Positions 8,621 through 18,653 are shown, counted from the stretch's first letter. The stretch is 64,000 nucleotides of DNA from an uncultured Bacteroidales bacterium (GCA_963789985.1 CAWBNA010000031.1:136043-200042), one strand, 5' to 3'. The notes: generated by a model from the sequence alone, not told the origin. Program-made: numbers and translations.

Positions 8621-9793
8621 TCATGCAAACTTTTGCCGGTTCTGCTTTTTCAGGCAGTAGAGAGACACTGCCCAGAGATATATCATGCATAAAACCAGTA
8701 TGGACATACCCCATGCAATGCTGCTCAGGTCGCTTATCCATCCTATAAGCAAAGGTATCACGGCACCTCCCGAGATAGCCATCATAACAAGCCCGGAAAT
8801 TTCATTATTCCTGTCAGGGAATTTCTCAACCGCAATTGAAAACACGAGCGGCCAGATATTTGCAACAGCAAGACCGATAAGGAATACCAGTACCCAGGCC
8901 ATTGCCGGTAAACTGACAAGAAGAATGGCAATCAGACATATTATTCCGAGAACCGAAGTCCAGACATACAATTTCCTTGATGAGATCTTTGTAAGCATTA
9001 TGGCACCAAGGAATGTTCCGAGCATACGGCCGAAGAAATATACGCTGCGTCCTGATTCTGCTGCTGTCCGGTCGATATGAAAATGTTTGATAAGGAACTG
9101 GCCCGAGTTGGAGTTAAAGCCGACATCAACGCCCACAACAAGAAAAATAGAAAGCACCAGCAAAACCACGAAGCCGTTTCCTAAAAGCCTGAATGAAGAT
9201 GCAAAAGTAGCTTTATATCCCTCCACCTTAGTCTCCTCGATTTTAGTTGTGCCCAGCCAGACGACTGAGAGGATCGATACAATACCGAATACGAGGAACA
9301 GTATTTTCCAGTTGCCGAATCTGGCGGCAAATAATCCTGCAAGAGGGGCTCCGAGCATTGACCCGATTGCCTTGACAAACTGAGAGAAGCTCAAAAAACT
9401 CGATGCCCTGTTTCCTGGTACTACATCAACCATCAAGGGATTTGCAGAGACCTGTACAATCGTATTACCTGCCCCCAGCAATGCAAAGCCTGTAAGCACC
9501 ATAGGAAATGAATATAAAAAGAAAGGGACAAGCAATCCGAGTGCTGTTACCCCCATGCCGATGTTCAGCATGGCCTTCTTCCCAAGCCGCGACTGCAGTA
9601 CTCCCACAGGAACTGAAAGAATAAAAAACCAGAGAAAGGCAGCCGATGGAATAAGCTGTGCAACAGTGGCACTGAGGTTCATATCCTTGCTGACACGATC
9701 CACGCCTATTCCGACCAGGTCGACAAAGCTCATGACAAAAAATGCCATGAGGACCGGTGATATTTTGGAGATGTTGATTTTTTCTGTTGCCAT
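8621..9793 (-). CDS. MFS sugar transporter (glucose/galactose/fucose-permease-like)
   Basis: 390-aa ORF with about 12 predicted TM segments. The composition is typical of the FucP/GluP-type MFS subfamily. It lies immediately downstream of a ROK kinase on the same strand. Confidence 0.75.
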   Translation of the reverse strand: MATEKINISKISPVLMAFFVMSFVDLVGIGVDRVSKDMNLSATVAQLIPSAAFLWFFILSVPVGVLQSRLGKKAMLNIGMGVTALGLLVPFFLYSFPMVLTGFALLGAGNTIVQVSANPLMVDVVPGNRASSFLSFSQFVKAIGSMLGAPLAGLFAARFGNWKILFLVFGIVSILSVVWLGTTKIEETKVEGYKATFASSFRLLGNGFVVLLVLSIFLVVGVDVGFNSNSGQFLIKHFHIDRTAAESGRSVYFFGRMLGTFLGAIMLTKISSRKLYVWTSVLGIICLIAILLVSLPAMAWVLVFLIGLAVANIWPLVFSIAVEKFPDRNNEISGLVMMAISGGAVIPLLIGWISDLSSIAWGMSILVLCMIYLWAVSLYCLKKQNRQKFA

Positions 9794-9836
9794 GATGAAA
9801 AGGGTTATTTCTAAGGTTAAGGTCTGGATTAAAGGT

Positions 9837-10772
9837 TTACATTAACGGAAGCGCATGCTGTATGTCTTTCCAGAAATCAGGATCCATCAGGTAAGCGCTG
9901 CCAATGAGGGCCGCATCTTCTTTCAGCCCTGAAAGCGTTACCCTGCAATTACAACCTTCCTTTTTGAGGCTTTTCTCAAAAAGATCTCCGAACAAGTCAT
10001 AGGCAAATGAAATATTTCCTCCGACAACAACTATTTCAGCCCTGAATTTCTTAAGCCATGGAGCAAGAAATGCTCCCAGGTTTGTACCAAATTCAGTGAA
10101 CAGATCCCTTATCACCTTATCCTTCGGGGCAAGCTCCGCCATCTCCTTCACACCAGAAAGTTCCCTGCCTGTAACCTTTTTGTAGCTCCCGATAAACCAT
10201 CTTGTCGAAAAATAATCATCTGCAATATTATCACCGTAAGGAAGATGGTAAACGCAACCAAGCTTCGGAACCTCCGGGCCGTCAACAATCGGAATGCGGT
10301 TGTCGATGAAGGCAGAACCGAAACCGGTTCCCAGGGTTATTGACATTGAACGCTTTACCTTTGAGGCTTTTCCCACAAGCGCTTCACCGACAGCAAAGGC
10401 AGAGACATCATTCATGAATCTCACGGGGAAGTCTTCGGAAAATCCCAGATTATCTGAAACAGCCTTCTTTACATTGCATCCATAAAGGTTCTCATATTTT
10501 GCCACGCCTTTAATGTAGCTGATACCCTTTACATAATCGAACGGACCTGGCATTCCAAAACCGATCCCTTTAACCCGACCTCCTTTGGTTTTCTTAATGG
10601 CATTTGAAAGCGCCCTGGACCACACTCTTATTATTTCATCAGCCGGCGCCTTATTGTCAACCGGTTTCTCAGTGATGGTCTCCCTCAATACGAGGAATGA
10701 CTCAAGGTCGACTGCTGCACAAGTAATATGGCTTCCACCGATATCTGTCCCTATAGCGAGCTTTTTATCCAT
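9837..10772 (-). CDS. ROK-family sugar kinase (glucokinase-like)
   Basis: I prefer the start MDKKLAIGTDIGGSHITCA at 10772; the track start at 10820 adds 16 unlikely residues. It has the DIGGS ATP-binding motif and GTGFGSAF, but lacks an N-terminal HTH, so it is a kinase rather than a repressor. Confidence 0.8.
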   Translation of the reverse strand: MDKKLAIGTDIGGSHITCAAVDLESFLVLRETITEKPVDNKAPADEIIRVWSRALSNAIKKTKGGRVKGIGFGMPGPFDYVKGISYIKGVAKYENLYGCNVKKAVSDNLGFSEDFPVRFMNDVSAFAVGEALVGKASKVKRSMSITLGTGFGSAFIDNRIPIVDGPEVPKLGCVYHLPYGDNIADDYFSTRWFIGSYKKVTGRELSGVKEMAELAPKDKVIRDLFTEFGTNLGAFLAPWLKKFRAEIVVVGGNISFAYDLFGDLFEKSLKKEGCNCRVTLSGLKEDAALIGSAYLMDPDFWKDIQHALPLM

Positions 10773-11017
10773 ATAATAAAACTGTATTTGTATATGTGTT
10801 TTTGAATACTGGAAAAACAAACGCTGAAAGTATTGAAATTTGTTTGCAATGCAAAAAAATAAGATTTAAAAATGAAAACGCAATATCCTTTTAAATTGAT
10901 TTTTCTCATGGATAATCTGGTTTATTAGTCGTAATTTGGTAAAATGAAAGCTGATAGATAAATTGTTGCAGATTTTAAATAAAGTCACCGTTTTAAGTAT
11001 CCTAAATTCATACATCC

Positions 11018-12325
11018 ATGCCAAAAGTAACAAAAGAAGATGCTCTTCTGTACCACAGCCGCGGTCGCCACGGGAAAATAGAGGTCATCCCGACAAAACC
11101 ATATTGCACCCAGTTTGACCTAAGTTTGGCATATACGCCGGGAGTGGCTTATCCCTGTCTCGAAATTGAAAAAAACCCGGATGATGTGTACACCTATACC
11201 GCCAAGGGAAACCTTGTTGCTGTGATATCAAATGGTACTGCGGTTCTTGGGCTTGGCGACATAGGGGCCATGGCCGGAAAACCTGTCATGGAGGGGAAAG
11301 GACTCCTCTTCAAAGTATTTGCCGATGTTGACGTATTTGATATTGAGGTGAATGAAAAAGACCCTGATAAGCTTGTTGAGATTTGTGCCAAAATTGCTCC
11401 GACTTTCGGCGGCATCAACCTCGAAGATATTAAGGCACCCGAATGCTTTGAGGTGGAAACAAAGCTTAAGAACATTCTTGATATCCCTGTCTTCCATGAC
11501 GACCAGCACGGGACAGCAATCATATCCGGCGCAGGCCTGATAAACTCCCTTGAAATAACCGGCAAAAAGATCGACGAGATAAAACTGGTGGTCTGCGGAG
11601 CAGGAGCTGCAGCAATATCGTGCTCAAAATTATACTTGTCGCTCGGAATCAGGAAAGAAAATATTGTGATGGTCGACAGCAAAGGCGTGATTAACAGGAA
11701 AAGGAAAGATCTCAATAAATACAAGCAGGAGTTTATTACCAACCGCGATATTGACACCCTTGCTGAAGCTGTCAATGGAGCTGACATGTTTCTCGGTCTG
11801 TCGACAGCCGATATGATGACAAAGAAGATGCTGGCATCAATGGCTGAGAACCCGATTGTATTTGCCATGGCAAACCCGAATCCCGAAATAACCTATGAGG
11901 ATGCAATGGCAACAAGGAATGACCTGATTTTTGCTACAGGCAGGTCAGACTATCCAAACCAGATCAATAATGTCCTCGGTTTCCCGTTTATTTTCAGGGG
12001 AGCTCTTGATGTAAGGGCAAGAACAATAAATGAAGAAATGAAACTTGCTGCTTCAAAGGCGCTTGCAGCCCTGGCAAAAGAGCCGGTTCCTGAATCCGTT
12101 CTCAAGGCTTACAATGTCGACAGGCTCACCTTTGGTAAAGAGTATATTATCCCCAAGCCTCTTGATCCGCGACTCATTTCATGTGTCGCTTCATGTGTTG
12201 CAAAAGCAGCAATAGATAGCGGTGTTGCCCGTCAGCCGATAACCGATTGGGATGCCTATAAAAACAGCCTTGATAAACGTCTTAGCGTACATATAAAAAA
12301 GGTAGGCGATATAGGCGAATTTTAA
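11018..12325 (+). CDS. NAD(P)-dependent malic enzyme (short form, no phosphotransacetylase-like domain)
   Basis: 435-aa ORF. Motifs [30 protein letters not shown] and FANPNPE are diagnostic of the malic enzyme family. Confidence 0.9.
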   Translation: MPKVTKEDALLYHSRGRHGKIEVIPTKPYCTQFDLSLAYTPGVAYPCLEIEKNPDDVYTYTAKGNLVAVISNGTAVLGLGDIGAMAGKPVMEGKGLLFKVFADVDVFDIEVNEKDPDKLVEICAKIAPTFGGINLEDIKAPECFEVETKLKNILDIPVFHDDQHGTAIISGAGLINSLEITGKKIDEIKLVVCGAGAAAISCSKLYLSLGIRKENIVMVDSKGVINRKRKDLNKYKQEFITNRDIDTLAEAVNGADMFLGLSTADMMTKKMLASMAENPIVFAMANPNPEITYEDAMATRNDLIFATGRSDYPNQINNVLGFPFIFRGALDVRARTINEEMKLAASKALAALAKEPVPESVLKAYNVDRLTFGKEYIIPKPLDPRLISCVASCVAKAAIDSGVARQPITDWDAYKNSLDKRLSVHIKKVGDIGEF

Positions 12326-13044
12326 AATGCCGATTTCATCTTTTGCCTTTCGGACATTTGCCTCTGAACTTTCTTATCGTACATTGAAACAATGAGTTCA
12401 GAAATCTCCTGAATGGTGAAAGATGACCGGTTCATGGTCACATCAAAAAGAGAATCAATATTTTTTGTATTCTTATCAAGAAAAGTCTGGATCAGCTCGA
12501 ATCGTTTTTCATCAGTTTCAAGTACATATTTTTCGGCTGTCTCCGGATTCATGTTTTTCTTTTTCATCACATTATTGACTCTCCAGTAAAAAGGCCCAGT
12601 CAGGCGTACATGAAGTGAATATTTTATATCGCGCGCGATAGAAACTCCGCCTCTTCCGACAATGACTATATAGCCTTCCTTGCATATTGACAGGACCACA
12701 TCCCTGATTGCCTTTTTAACCCTCAGGTCGCTGACAAATCCACCGGAAAAAGCCATTATCATTTCAGACAGGTTTGAGAGCTTTATTCCGGAATAGTAAT
12801 TTTCAACACGCTGTTTATCAATATTCAACTCTTTGGCAATGTCGTAAATGATGTCTTTGTCGACCCATCTCCACTTCTTAATGCCATATTTTGCATTAAG
12901 GCAATTGACTACGCATGATGCAGTTTCACGTGCATCACAACCTGTCAACCTTGAAATTGTAATTACGGGCCCGTCTTCAGATGAGGGGCCTTTCAGCACA
13001 GATTCCCTGTACCTTTCATCAAAATAATCGAAGAATTTTACCAT
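12322..13044 (-). CDS. Cytidylate-kinase-like family protein (function unknown)
   Basis: 240-aa ORF. The N-terminal [13 protein letters not shown] resembles the ITISRE.GSGG start of the cytidylate kinase-like family, but the Gly-rich loop is degenerate. It converges on and overlaps the malic enzyme stop by 4 nt. Confidence 0.55.
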   Translation of the reverse strand: MVKFFDYFDERYRESVLKGPSSEDGPVITISRLTGCDARETASCVVNCLNAKYGIKKWRWVDKDIIYDIAKELNIDKQRVENYYSGIKLSNLSEMIMAFSGGFVSDLRVKKAIRDVVLSICKEGYIVIVGRGGVSIARDIKYSLHVRLTGPFYWRVNNVMKKKNMNPETAEKYVLETDEKRFELIQTFLDKNTKNIDSLFDVTMNRSSFTIQEISELIVSMYDKKVQRQMSERQKMKSAF

Positions 13045-13346
13045 TCTGCCATTCTCCTTTTTTCAGGTGAAATTTGCAATACTACAAATCCTGATCATAA
13101 TTAAGTGTGCGTAAATCACTTAAGCAACAATCCCGAAGTCAGATAACACCCGGGAACAAGGTCAATTCCAGTTCTTTAAAAACTCATTTAAGTTACAAAA
13201 AAATTATGATAAGTGAACTATTTTGCCCCAACTTTGACTTCAGTCAGAAAAAACTGAAATGGGGCATTCTTCAAAGATTTTATATGTTTTTTCTTATCTT
13301 TACTTTATTCAAAACATAATTCCGCTATATTTTTAAATCTCCAGTT

Positions 13347-13802
13347 ATGAATTCGTCAATTTTTTCAAGGCCGGAAATTATATGGTTTTTCATAGGCCTG
13401 CTGCTCTTCCTGGCCGAACTTGTTCTGCCGGGGTTTGTAATATTTTTCTTCGGTTTGGGTGCCTGGATAACTGCTCTTGTATGCCTTATCACCAATCCCG
13501 GAGTAAACCTTCAGATCCTGATATTTGCAGTCAGTTCTGCGGTCTTGCTTCTTGCATTGAGAAAAATGATCCAGAAGAGGTTCTTTTACAGGGACGAAGG
13601 CCGTTCTGAAAAAGTTGAAGATGAATTTACCGGGAAAGAAGCCATTGCGCTTTCTGATATTGAACCCGGCAAACAGGGCAAAGTTGAATTCAAAGGGACA
13701 ACCTGGAATGCAGAATCTGCTGTCCCTTTGCATAAAGGACAAATAGTGATAATAAAGGAAAAACTGGGTTTTAAACTGAATGTTGAACCAAAAAACAATT
13801 AA
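13347..13802 (+). CDS. NfeD-family membrane protein
   Basis: 151-aa ORF. It has three or four N-terminal TM helices and a C-terminal OB-like soluble domain (GKVEFKGTTWNAES...). It sits immediately upstream of an SPFH gene, which is the classical NfeD-SPFH pairing. Confidence 0.75.
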   Translation: MNSSIFSRPEIIWFFIGLLLFLAELVLPGFVIFFFGLGAWITALVCLITNPGVNLQILIFAVSSAVLLLALRKMIQKRFFYRDEGRSEKVEDEFTGKEAIALSDIEPGKQGKVEFKGTTWNAESAVPLHKGQIVIIKEKLGFKLNVEPKNN

Positions 13803-13803
13803 T

Positions 13804-14763
13804 ATGACAGCATTATTAACGTTGGCGGTAACAAATTCCAGCTCAACTATCATTCTGATTGGTGTAATCATACTTGCATTCATCCTTATTGCATCAATGA
13901 TAAAAGTAGTCCCTCAGCGGACTGCTATTATTGTCGAGCGTCTTGGAAAATTCCGGGCTACTTATACAGCCGGATTCCAGATACTTATTCCTTTCATAGA
14001 CAAGATCAGGTACAGGCACACCCTGAAGGAACAGGCGATTGACGTAGCTCCACAGGTATGCATTACGCGCGATAACATTGCTGTCGAGGTTGACGGGATA
14101 CTCTACCTACAGGTGCTGGATCCGCAGAAAGCTTCATACGGCATTGATAATTACCGTTTTGCTTCGATACAGATTGCCCAGACAACCATGAGAAGTGTTA
14201 TCGGTAAGCTTGAGCTTGACAAGACATTTGAGGAACGGGAAACAATAAACGTGACAATCGTTGATGCAGTTGATAAGGCAAGCGAACCCTGGGGCGTAAA
14301 GGTAACCAGGTATGAAGTCAAGAATATTTCTCCGCCGCAGAGTATAAAAGATGCCATGGAAAAACAGATGAGGGCTGAGAGGGAGAAAAGAGCTGTTATC
14401 GCTGAATCAGAAGGAACAAGACAGGCAAAGATAAACAATGCTGATGGTGACAAGCAGGAATTCATCCTGAAATCGGAGGGTGAAAAACAAAGGCGCATCA
14501 ATGAAGCCGCCGGCCGCGCCTCTGAAATTGAACAGGTTGCCGTCGCAACAGCCAATGGATTAAGGGCCATATCCGCAGCTATCTCCGAGGAGAATGGCCT
14601 TAACGCAGTAAACCTGAGGATAGCTGAACAATATCTGGCTGCATTCGGGAATCTTGCAAAAACAAATAATACCATGATACTCCCCTCAAATCTTTCGGAT
14701 ATTGCAGGAATTGTTGCAACTGCAACATCGGTATTTAATGAGGTGAAGGATAAAAAGACATAA
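13804..14763 (+). CDS. SPFH/Band-7 (stomatin/paraslipin-like) protein
   Basis: The ATG at 13804 is 1 nt after the NfeD stop; the track start at 13780 overlaps NfeD. It has an N-terminal TM, then IVERLGKF...YRHTLKEQ...ITRDN..V.VDG.LY..V.DP..A.Y, which is typical of SPFH. Confidence 0.85.
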   Translation: MTALLTLAVTNSSSTIILIGVIILAFILIASMIKVVPQRTAIIVERLGKFRATYTAGFQILIPFIDKIRYRHTLKEQAIDVAPQVCITRDNIAVEVDGILYLQVLDPQKASYGIDNYRFASIQIAQTTMRSVIGKLELDKTFEERETINVTIVDAVDKASEPWGVKVTRYEVKNISPPQSIKDAMEKQMRAEREKRAVIAESEGTRQAKINNADGDKQEFILKSEGEKQRRINEAAGRASEIEQVAVATANGLRAISAAISEENGLNAVNLRIAEQYLAAFGNLAKTNNTMILPSNLSDIAGIVATATSVFNEVKDKKT

Positions 14764-14894
14764 GGTTACCTGCCTTTTTTCACGGGCGATTTTTCACCTC
14801 TCCCGAACCCCTCTGCCATGAGAGATGGGTTATTAAATTAATTAACAATCCATTACGACACTTTTCTCATGGGAGTAAAGTGCGGGCTGTGAGG

Positions 14895-17264
14895 TTAAAC
14901 CTCTTCATGTTCTGTCCTCAGGATTATCTCATTCTGAAGATCTTCTCCGAGGTCATTGAAATAATCGCTGTAACCCGCAACCCTGACAATCAGGCTGCGG
15001 TATAATTCCGGATGTTTCTGCGCATCGCGGAGTGTAGCAGCATTTACAACGTTGAACTGAATATGGTGACCATCGAGGTCGAAATAGCCCCTGATAAGTG
15101 CGGTAAGGCAATCGTAACTATCTTCATCCTCAAAGAATTGCGGTGAAAACTTCTGGTTAAGGAGAGTTCCGCCCGTTCTGAGATGATCAATTTTGGAGGC
15201 TGATCTGATGACTGCAGTTGGTCCCTGGCTGTCAACACCCTGGCTTGGTGAAATTCCCTCCGAAAGAGGTGTTCCTGCCTTCCTTCCGTCGGGAGTTGCT
15301 CCTGTCACACTGCCGAAATAGACATGCGAGGTCGTAGGCAGCATATTGATCCTGTAAACTCCTCCTCTTGCCGATGGCCTGCCGTTAACCGAGTCATAAT
15401 AGATCTCAAATGCCGTAACAGCCTGCTGATCAGCATAATCATCATCATTCCCGTACTTGGGAGTATTGTAGATCAGATCATACCTGAGCCTGTCAAATCC
15501 TTCAAAATCAGCATCAAACGCCTGAATAAGCTCAGCCCATGAATAGTTCTTCTTATCATATATATTGTACCTTATTGAAGTCAGAATGTCCGTAATGCTC
15601 CCAAGGCCTACACCCTGGACATATGAGGTATTGTACCTTGCGCCGCCATTGTTGTAATCTTTCCCGTTCCTGATGCAGTCCTCTACAAGCAACGACAGGA
15701 AAGGTGCCGGAAGCCAGTCAGCAAATATCCTTTCAATAACATTGTTGCCCCTGATCTTGATATCGGCAAAATATTTCACCTGAACCCTGAAAGCCTCAAT
15801 AAGTTCCTCAAATGTTTTATAATCAGATGCAGAACCCGTTTTGAGGCCGGTCTGTACACCTGTTCTCCTGTCTTTTCCATCGTTTAGCGTCAGCTCAAGT
15901 ATTTTTGGAAGATTGAAATAGCCTGTCAGCCAGTAAGCTTCAGTTCCGAAAGCGCCGGTTTCAACGCAGCCCGAGCAACCCCCGTTTCTTGCATCGACAA
16001 TATTCTTACCCTGCCTGAGAAGCTCCTGTATTATTGATTCGGTGTTGAAGCATGAAGGTTGGCCGAACCCCGTCTTTATTATGTCAAGTGCCTTGTGTAT
16101 AAATCTGTCAGGGTTCTTTCTGCTGATCTGGATCATGGAGCTGGGCTGAAGGATTCTCATCTCCTTTATCACATCCAGCAGAATATACGACATCTCATTC
16201 ACGGCATCGGTGCCGTCGGCCTTTACTCCTCCAAGGTTTATAAGGCAGAAGTCGGTATAGGTGTTGCTTTCGCTTGCAGTGACTCCTATTTTCGGTGGTG
16301 ATGGATGATTATTGAATTTAATCCAGAAACAGCCGAGAAGATCGAACAGCTTTTCATCTGAAATAGTTCCCGCCTCGACTTCCTTCCTGTAAACAGGGCA
16401 AAGGTGCTGATCGAGCCTTCCCGGATTAAAGGAATCCCATGGATTAAGCTCTGTTATCACTCCGAGATGGATAAACCAGTAGTGCTGAAGCATTTCGTGA
16501 ACTGTTTCAGGGGCATTTGCAGGTACTTTCCTGCATATCCTGGCTATTTCGAGAAGCTCAGCTTTCCTCTCGGGATCTTTCTCTGCTAATGCAAGATCCT
16601 CAAGCTTATCAGCATATCTGCCTGCAAACATGATAATTGCATCGCAAGCTATATCCATGGCTTTAAGTTCCTCTGACTTTTCAAATGCCTCTCTGTCGTT
16701 GAAATAGTCAAGACCGGAAATGGTCTCCCTGATCTCCTCCTTCAGTTTAAGGAATCCGGTATGGAACATCTTGTAGCCTAATACTGTATGTCCGGGAGCA
16801 CGCTGTTCCTGAAATTCCGTGAATATTCCTGACTTATAGGCGTAAAGCCATTCAGGAGTCATACGGCTCATAATCCTGTCGCGGTTGCTCTTGCCCTGCC
16901 AGTAAGGGATAATCTCTTCCATGTAGATCCTTCTGGTCTCCCCGTCAACCTCAAAAGAGACTTTCTCTCTTGAACTTAAAATATCCAGATCTTTAAGCGA
17001 ATGTAGGCTTATTTCAGGATATGTAGGAGTTTCCTTGGGTGCAGGGCCCCTTTCCCCAACAATAAGTTCACCATCGCTTACGAACAGTTTCTTGCTCCTG
17101 AGAAGATATTCAAATGCTTTTGCCCTGCGGACCGGAGCCGATAATTCGCACGATTCATTGCTTTTGTAAAACTCAGTTATAAGAATAGCCCGTTCCGGGG
17201 TTATCTTTTCGACCGCGTTAAGGCTCTGTTCCCGCAGTTTTTTTACTCTTTCTGAAATTATCAT
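14895..17264 (-). CDS. hypD: Glycyl radical enzyme, PFL-like eliminase class; closest by motif to trans-4-hydroxy-L-proline dehydratase
   Basis: 789 aa from the ATG at 17264; the track start at 17324 runs through an intergenic repeat. The glycyl radical motif VRVAGYSDYF lies near the C-terminus. The catalytic Cys loop is GGCSGCVETG. The motifs EQRAPGHTV, NPWDSFNPGRLDQHL, YTDF, LTGYFNLPKILELTL and MLPTTSHVYFG match my recollection of characterised HypD. The substrate assignment still needs an alignment. Confidence 0.8.
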   Translation of the reverse strand: MIISERVKKLREQSLNAVEKITPERAILITEFYKSNESCELSAPVRRAKAFEYLLRSKKLFVSDGELIVGERGPAPKETPTYPEISLHSLKDLDILSSREKVSFEVDGETRRIYMEEIIPYWQGKSNRDRIMSRMTPEWLYAYKSGIFTEFQEQRAPGHTVLGYKMFHTGFLKLKEEIRETISGLDYFNDREAFEKSEELKAMDIACDAIIMFAGRYADKLEDLALAEKDPERKAELLEIARICRKVPANAPETVHEMLQHYWFIHLGVITELNPWDSFNPGRLDQHLCPVYRKEVEAGTISDEKLFDLLGCFWIKFNNHPSPPKIGVTASESNTYTDFCLINLGGVKADGTDAVNEMSYILLDVIKEMRILQPSSMIQISRKNPDRFIHKALDIIKTGFGQPSCFNTESIIQELLRQGKNIVDARNGGCSGCVETGAFGTEAYWLTGYFNLPKILELTLNDGKDRRTGVQTGLKTGSASDYKTFEELIEAFRVQVKYFADIKIRGNNVIERIFADWLPAPFLSLLVEDCIRNGKDYNNGGARYNTSYVQGVGLGSITDILTSIRYNIYDKKNYSWAELIQAFDADFEGFDRLRYDLIYNTPKYGNDDDYADQQAVTAFEIYYDSVNGRPSARGGVYRINMLPTTSHVYFGSVTGATPDGRKAGTPLSEGISPSQGVDSQGPTAVIRSASKIDHLRTGGTLLNQKFSPQFFEDEDSYDCLTALIRGYFDLDGHHIQFNVVNAATLRDAQKHPELYRSLIVRVAGYSDYFNDLGEDLQNEIILRTEHEEV

Positions 17265-17299
17265 ATATGATATTTTTAAACTTCTGATAAAAAAAATAA

Positions 17300-17390
17300 G
17301 AACCTTGTGTTGCCTTAGTGTCACCCTTTCAGGTGCTTTATGGTTAAACTTCTTTCACCACGAGGGACACAAAGGATACCACAAAATTGC
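17300..17390. repeat. Word-array palindromic intergenic element, copy F (CCTTGTG/CACAAAGG words), between activase and glycyl radical enzyme
   Basis: Left arm: CCTTGTG (17303-09), CCTTAGTG (17313-20), CACCCTTTCAGGTG and CTTTATGG-TTAA. Right arm: CACCACGAGG (17356-65), CACAAAGG (17368-75) and CCACAAAA. On the transcribed (minus) strand the hairpin is followed by CUUAUUUUUUUUAU (A8 on the + strand at 17289-17296). Confidence 0.6.
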
Positions 17391-17427
17391 TTAAAGTCAG
17401 AACACTTGTATTCATAAGGGTTCTTCA

Positions 17428-18228
17428 TTATCCTCCTATTTTCACTTTAATACCCGTTCCGGAAAAGAAATCCCTTAACTCCTTCATTCTTTCAGCAGAA
17501 GGTTGTTTTGTGTCTTCCATCCTGTAAGGCATGCCCAGTTTTCTGTACTTCGACTCGCCAATCCTGTGAAAAGGCAGGAGGCTGATTTTTTTCAGGTTCC
17601 CGCATGCTGATTCAAGTAAAAATTGCCTCAGTGCTGACAGGTGATCCGGATCGTCATTTATACCCGGGATTATTGGTATTCTGAGTATTATTCCCTTGTC
17701 GCTTTTCAAAAGCATTTTAAGGTTTTCAAGGATCCCTTTGTTTGAGACTCCTGTGTATTCTATGTGCTTTGCATCATCAAGGTGCTTTATGTCGAAGAGA
17801 AAAAGATCTGTGAAAGGCATGATTGCCATATAATTCTCTTTTGGCGAGTATCCCGAAGTATCGACCACGGTATTATATCCGGCCGACTTGCAGGCTTTCA
17901 GTGCTTCAAGAAGGAATTCTGTCTGAAGCATAGGTTCCCCGCCGGAGAATGTAACTCCTCCTCCTGACTGCTGAAAGAATACCCTCTCCTTCCCAGGGAT
18001 CTCAAGAATGTCATCTGCGGAATAGTATCTTCCCACTTCTTCATTCTCAGAAAACTCCTTATCTCCTACTTTTTTTGTCCGGACTATTGTCTGCCAGTCA
18101 GGTGAAATTCCCTCAGGGTTATGGCACCACCGGCAGGTAAGAGGGCATCCCTTCATGAAGTATGTCACCCTGATTCCCGGACCATCATGTACCGAATACC
18201 GTTTTATGCTGAAGATTAAACCTTTCAT
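17428..18228 (-). CDS. Glycyl-radical enzyme activating protein (radical SAM), short PflA-like form
   Basis: 266-aa ORF. Motifs are SVHDGPGIR, the CX3CX2C cluster motif GCPLTCRWCHNPE, and GGGVTFSGGEP. There are only five Cys in total, and no CxxCxxCxxxC ferredoxin-type insert. Confidence 0.9.
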   Translation of the reverse strand: MKGLIFSIKRYSVHDGPGIRVTYFMKGCPLTCRWCHNPEGISPDWQTIVRTKKVGDKEFSENEEVGRYYSADDILEIPGKERVFFQQSGGGVTFSGGEPMLQTEFLLEALKACKSAGYNTVVDTSGYSPKENYMAIMPFTDLFLFDIKHLDDAKHIEYTGVSNKGILENLKMLLKSDKGIILRIPIIPGINDDPDHLSALRQFLLESACGNLKKISLLPFHRIGESKYRKLGMPYRMEDTKQPSAERMKELRDFFSGTGIKVKIGG

Positions 18229-18653
18229 ATTAAAGGGAAAGTAATTTTTTTTAAAGGGAAAGAAGGGGAAATAATAAAGACTATCTGTATAATATGCAGA
18301 CTGATATACAGGGATCAGATGTCGTAAAACATAAGGCAGTGATAAAGCCTTCGTCCAAGGCGCTGCATCATGAAGCTGTATTTGAGTTTTGAAATCATAA
18401 CTGTTTATATGGACGAAAGTTAGGAAAAGATTTCAGATAGCGTCAAAAATTTAAGAAAAAACAGCGAAAACATTAACATAAGATTAACAAAATGCCCTGC
18501 AACAAAATCATAATTTAAGCGTCTATATAATGTGTAAAAAAGGTGAAATAAAAAGTAGATATTTTGACAGTTCTTTTAAACAATATACAGGATACTAAAG
18601 ATCTCTTTATCGGCCGTTCGGCCAAATTCTACGATCAGGTTTAGGTTAATGAA

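Noticed and set aside
14781-14894. Is there a further copy of the word-array element between the SPFH gene and the glycyl radical enzyme? The words are CACGGG, CACCTC, CATGAGAG, CATGGGAG and CTGTGAGG-TTAA.
   Set aside because: The words are mostly in the same orientation and are irregularly spaced. The only solid pairing is CCATGAGA (14816-23) with TCTCATGG (14865-72). At best it is a very degenerate relative.
17265-17324. Longer N-terminal extensions are offered by the ORF track for the glycyl radical enzyme. The same applies to the ROK kinase (10773-10820), the Y_Y_Y kinase (8439-8492), the M28 peptidase (21216-21272) and the nitroreductase (59891-59941).
   Set aside because: The extensions run into intergenic repeat or promoter DNA, use non-ATG or poorly placed starts, and add residues that precede clear signal peptides or conserved N-terminal motifs. 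I preferred the internal ATG starts.
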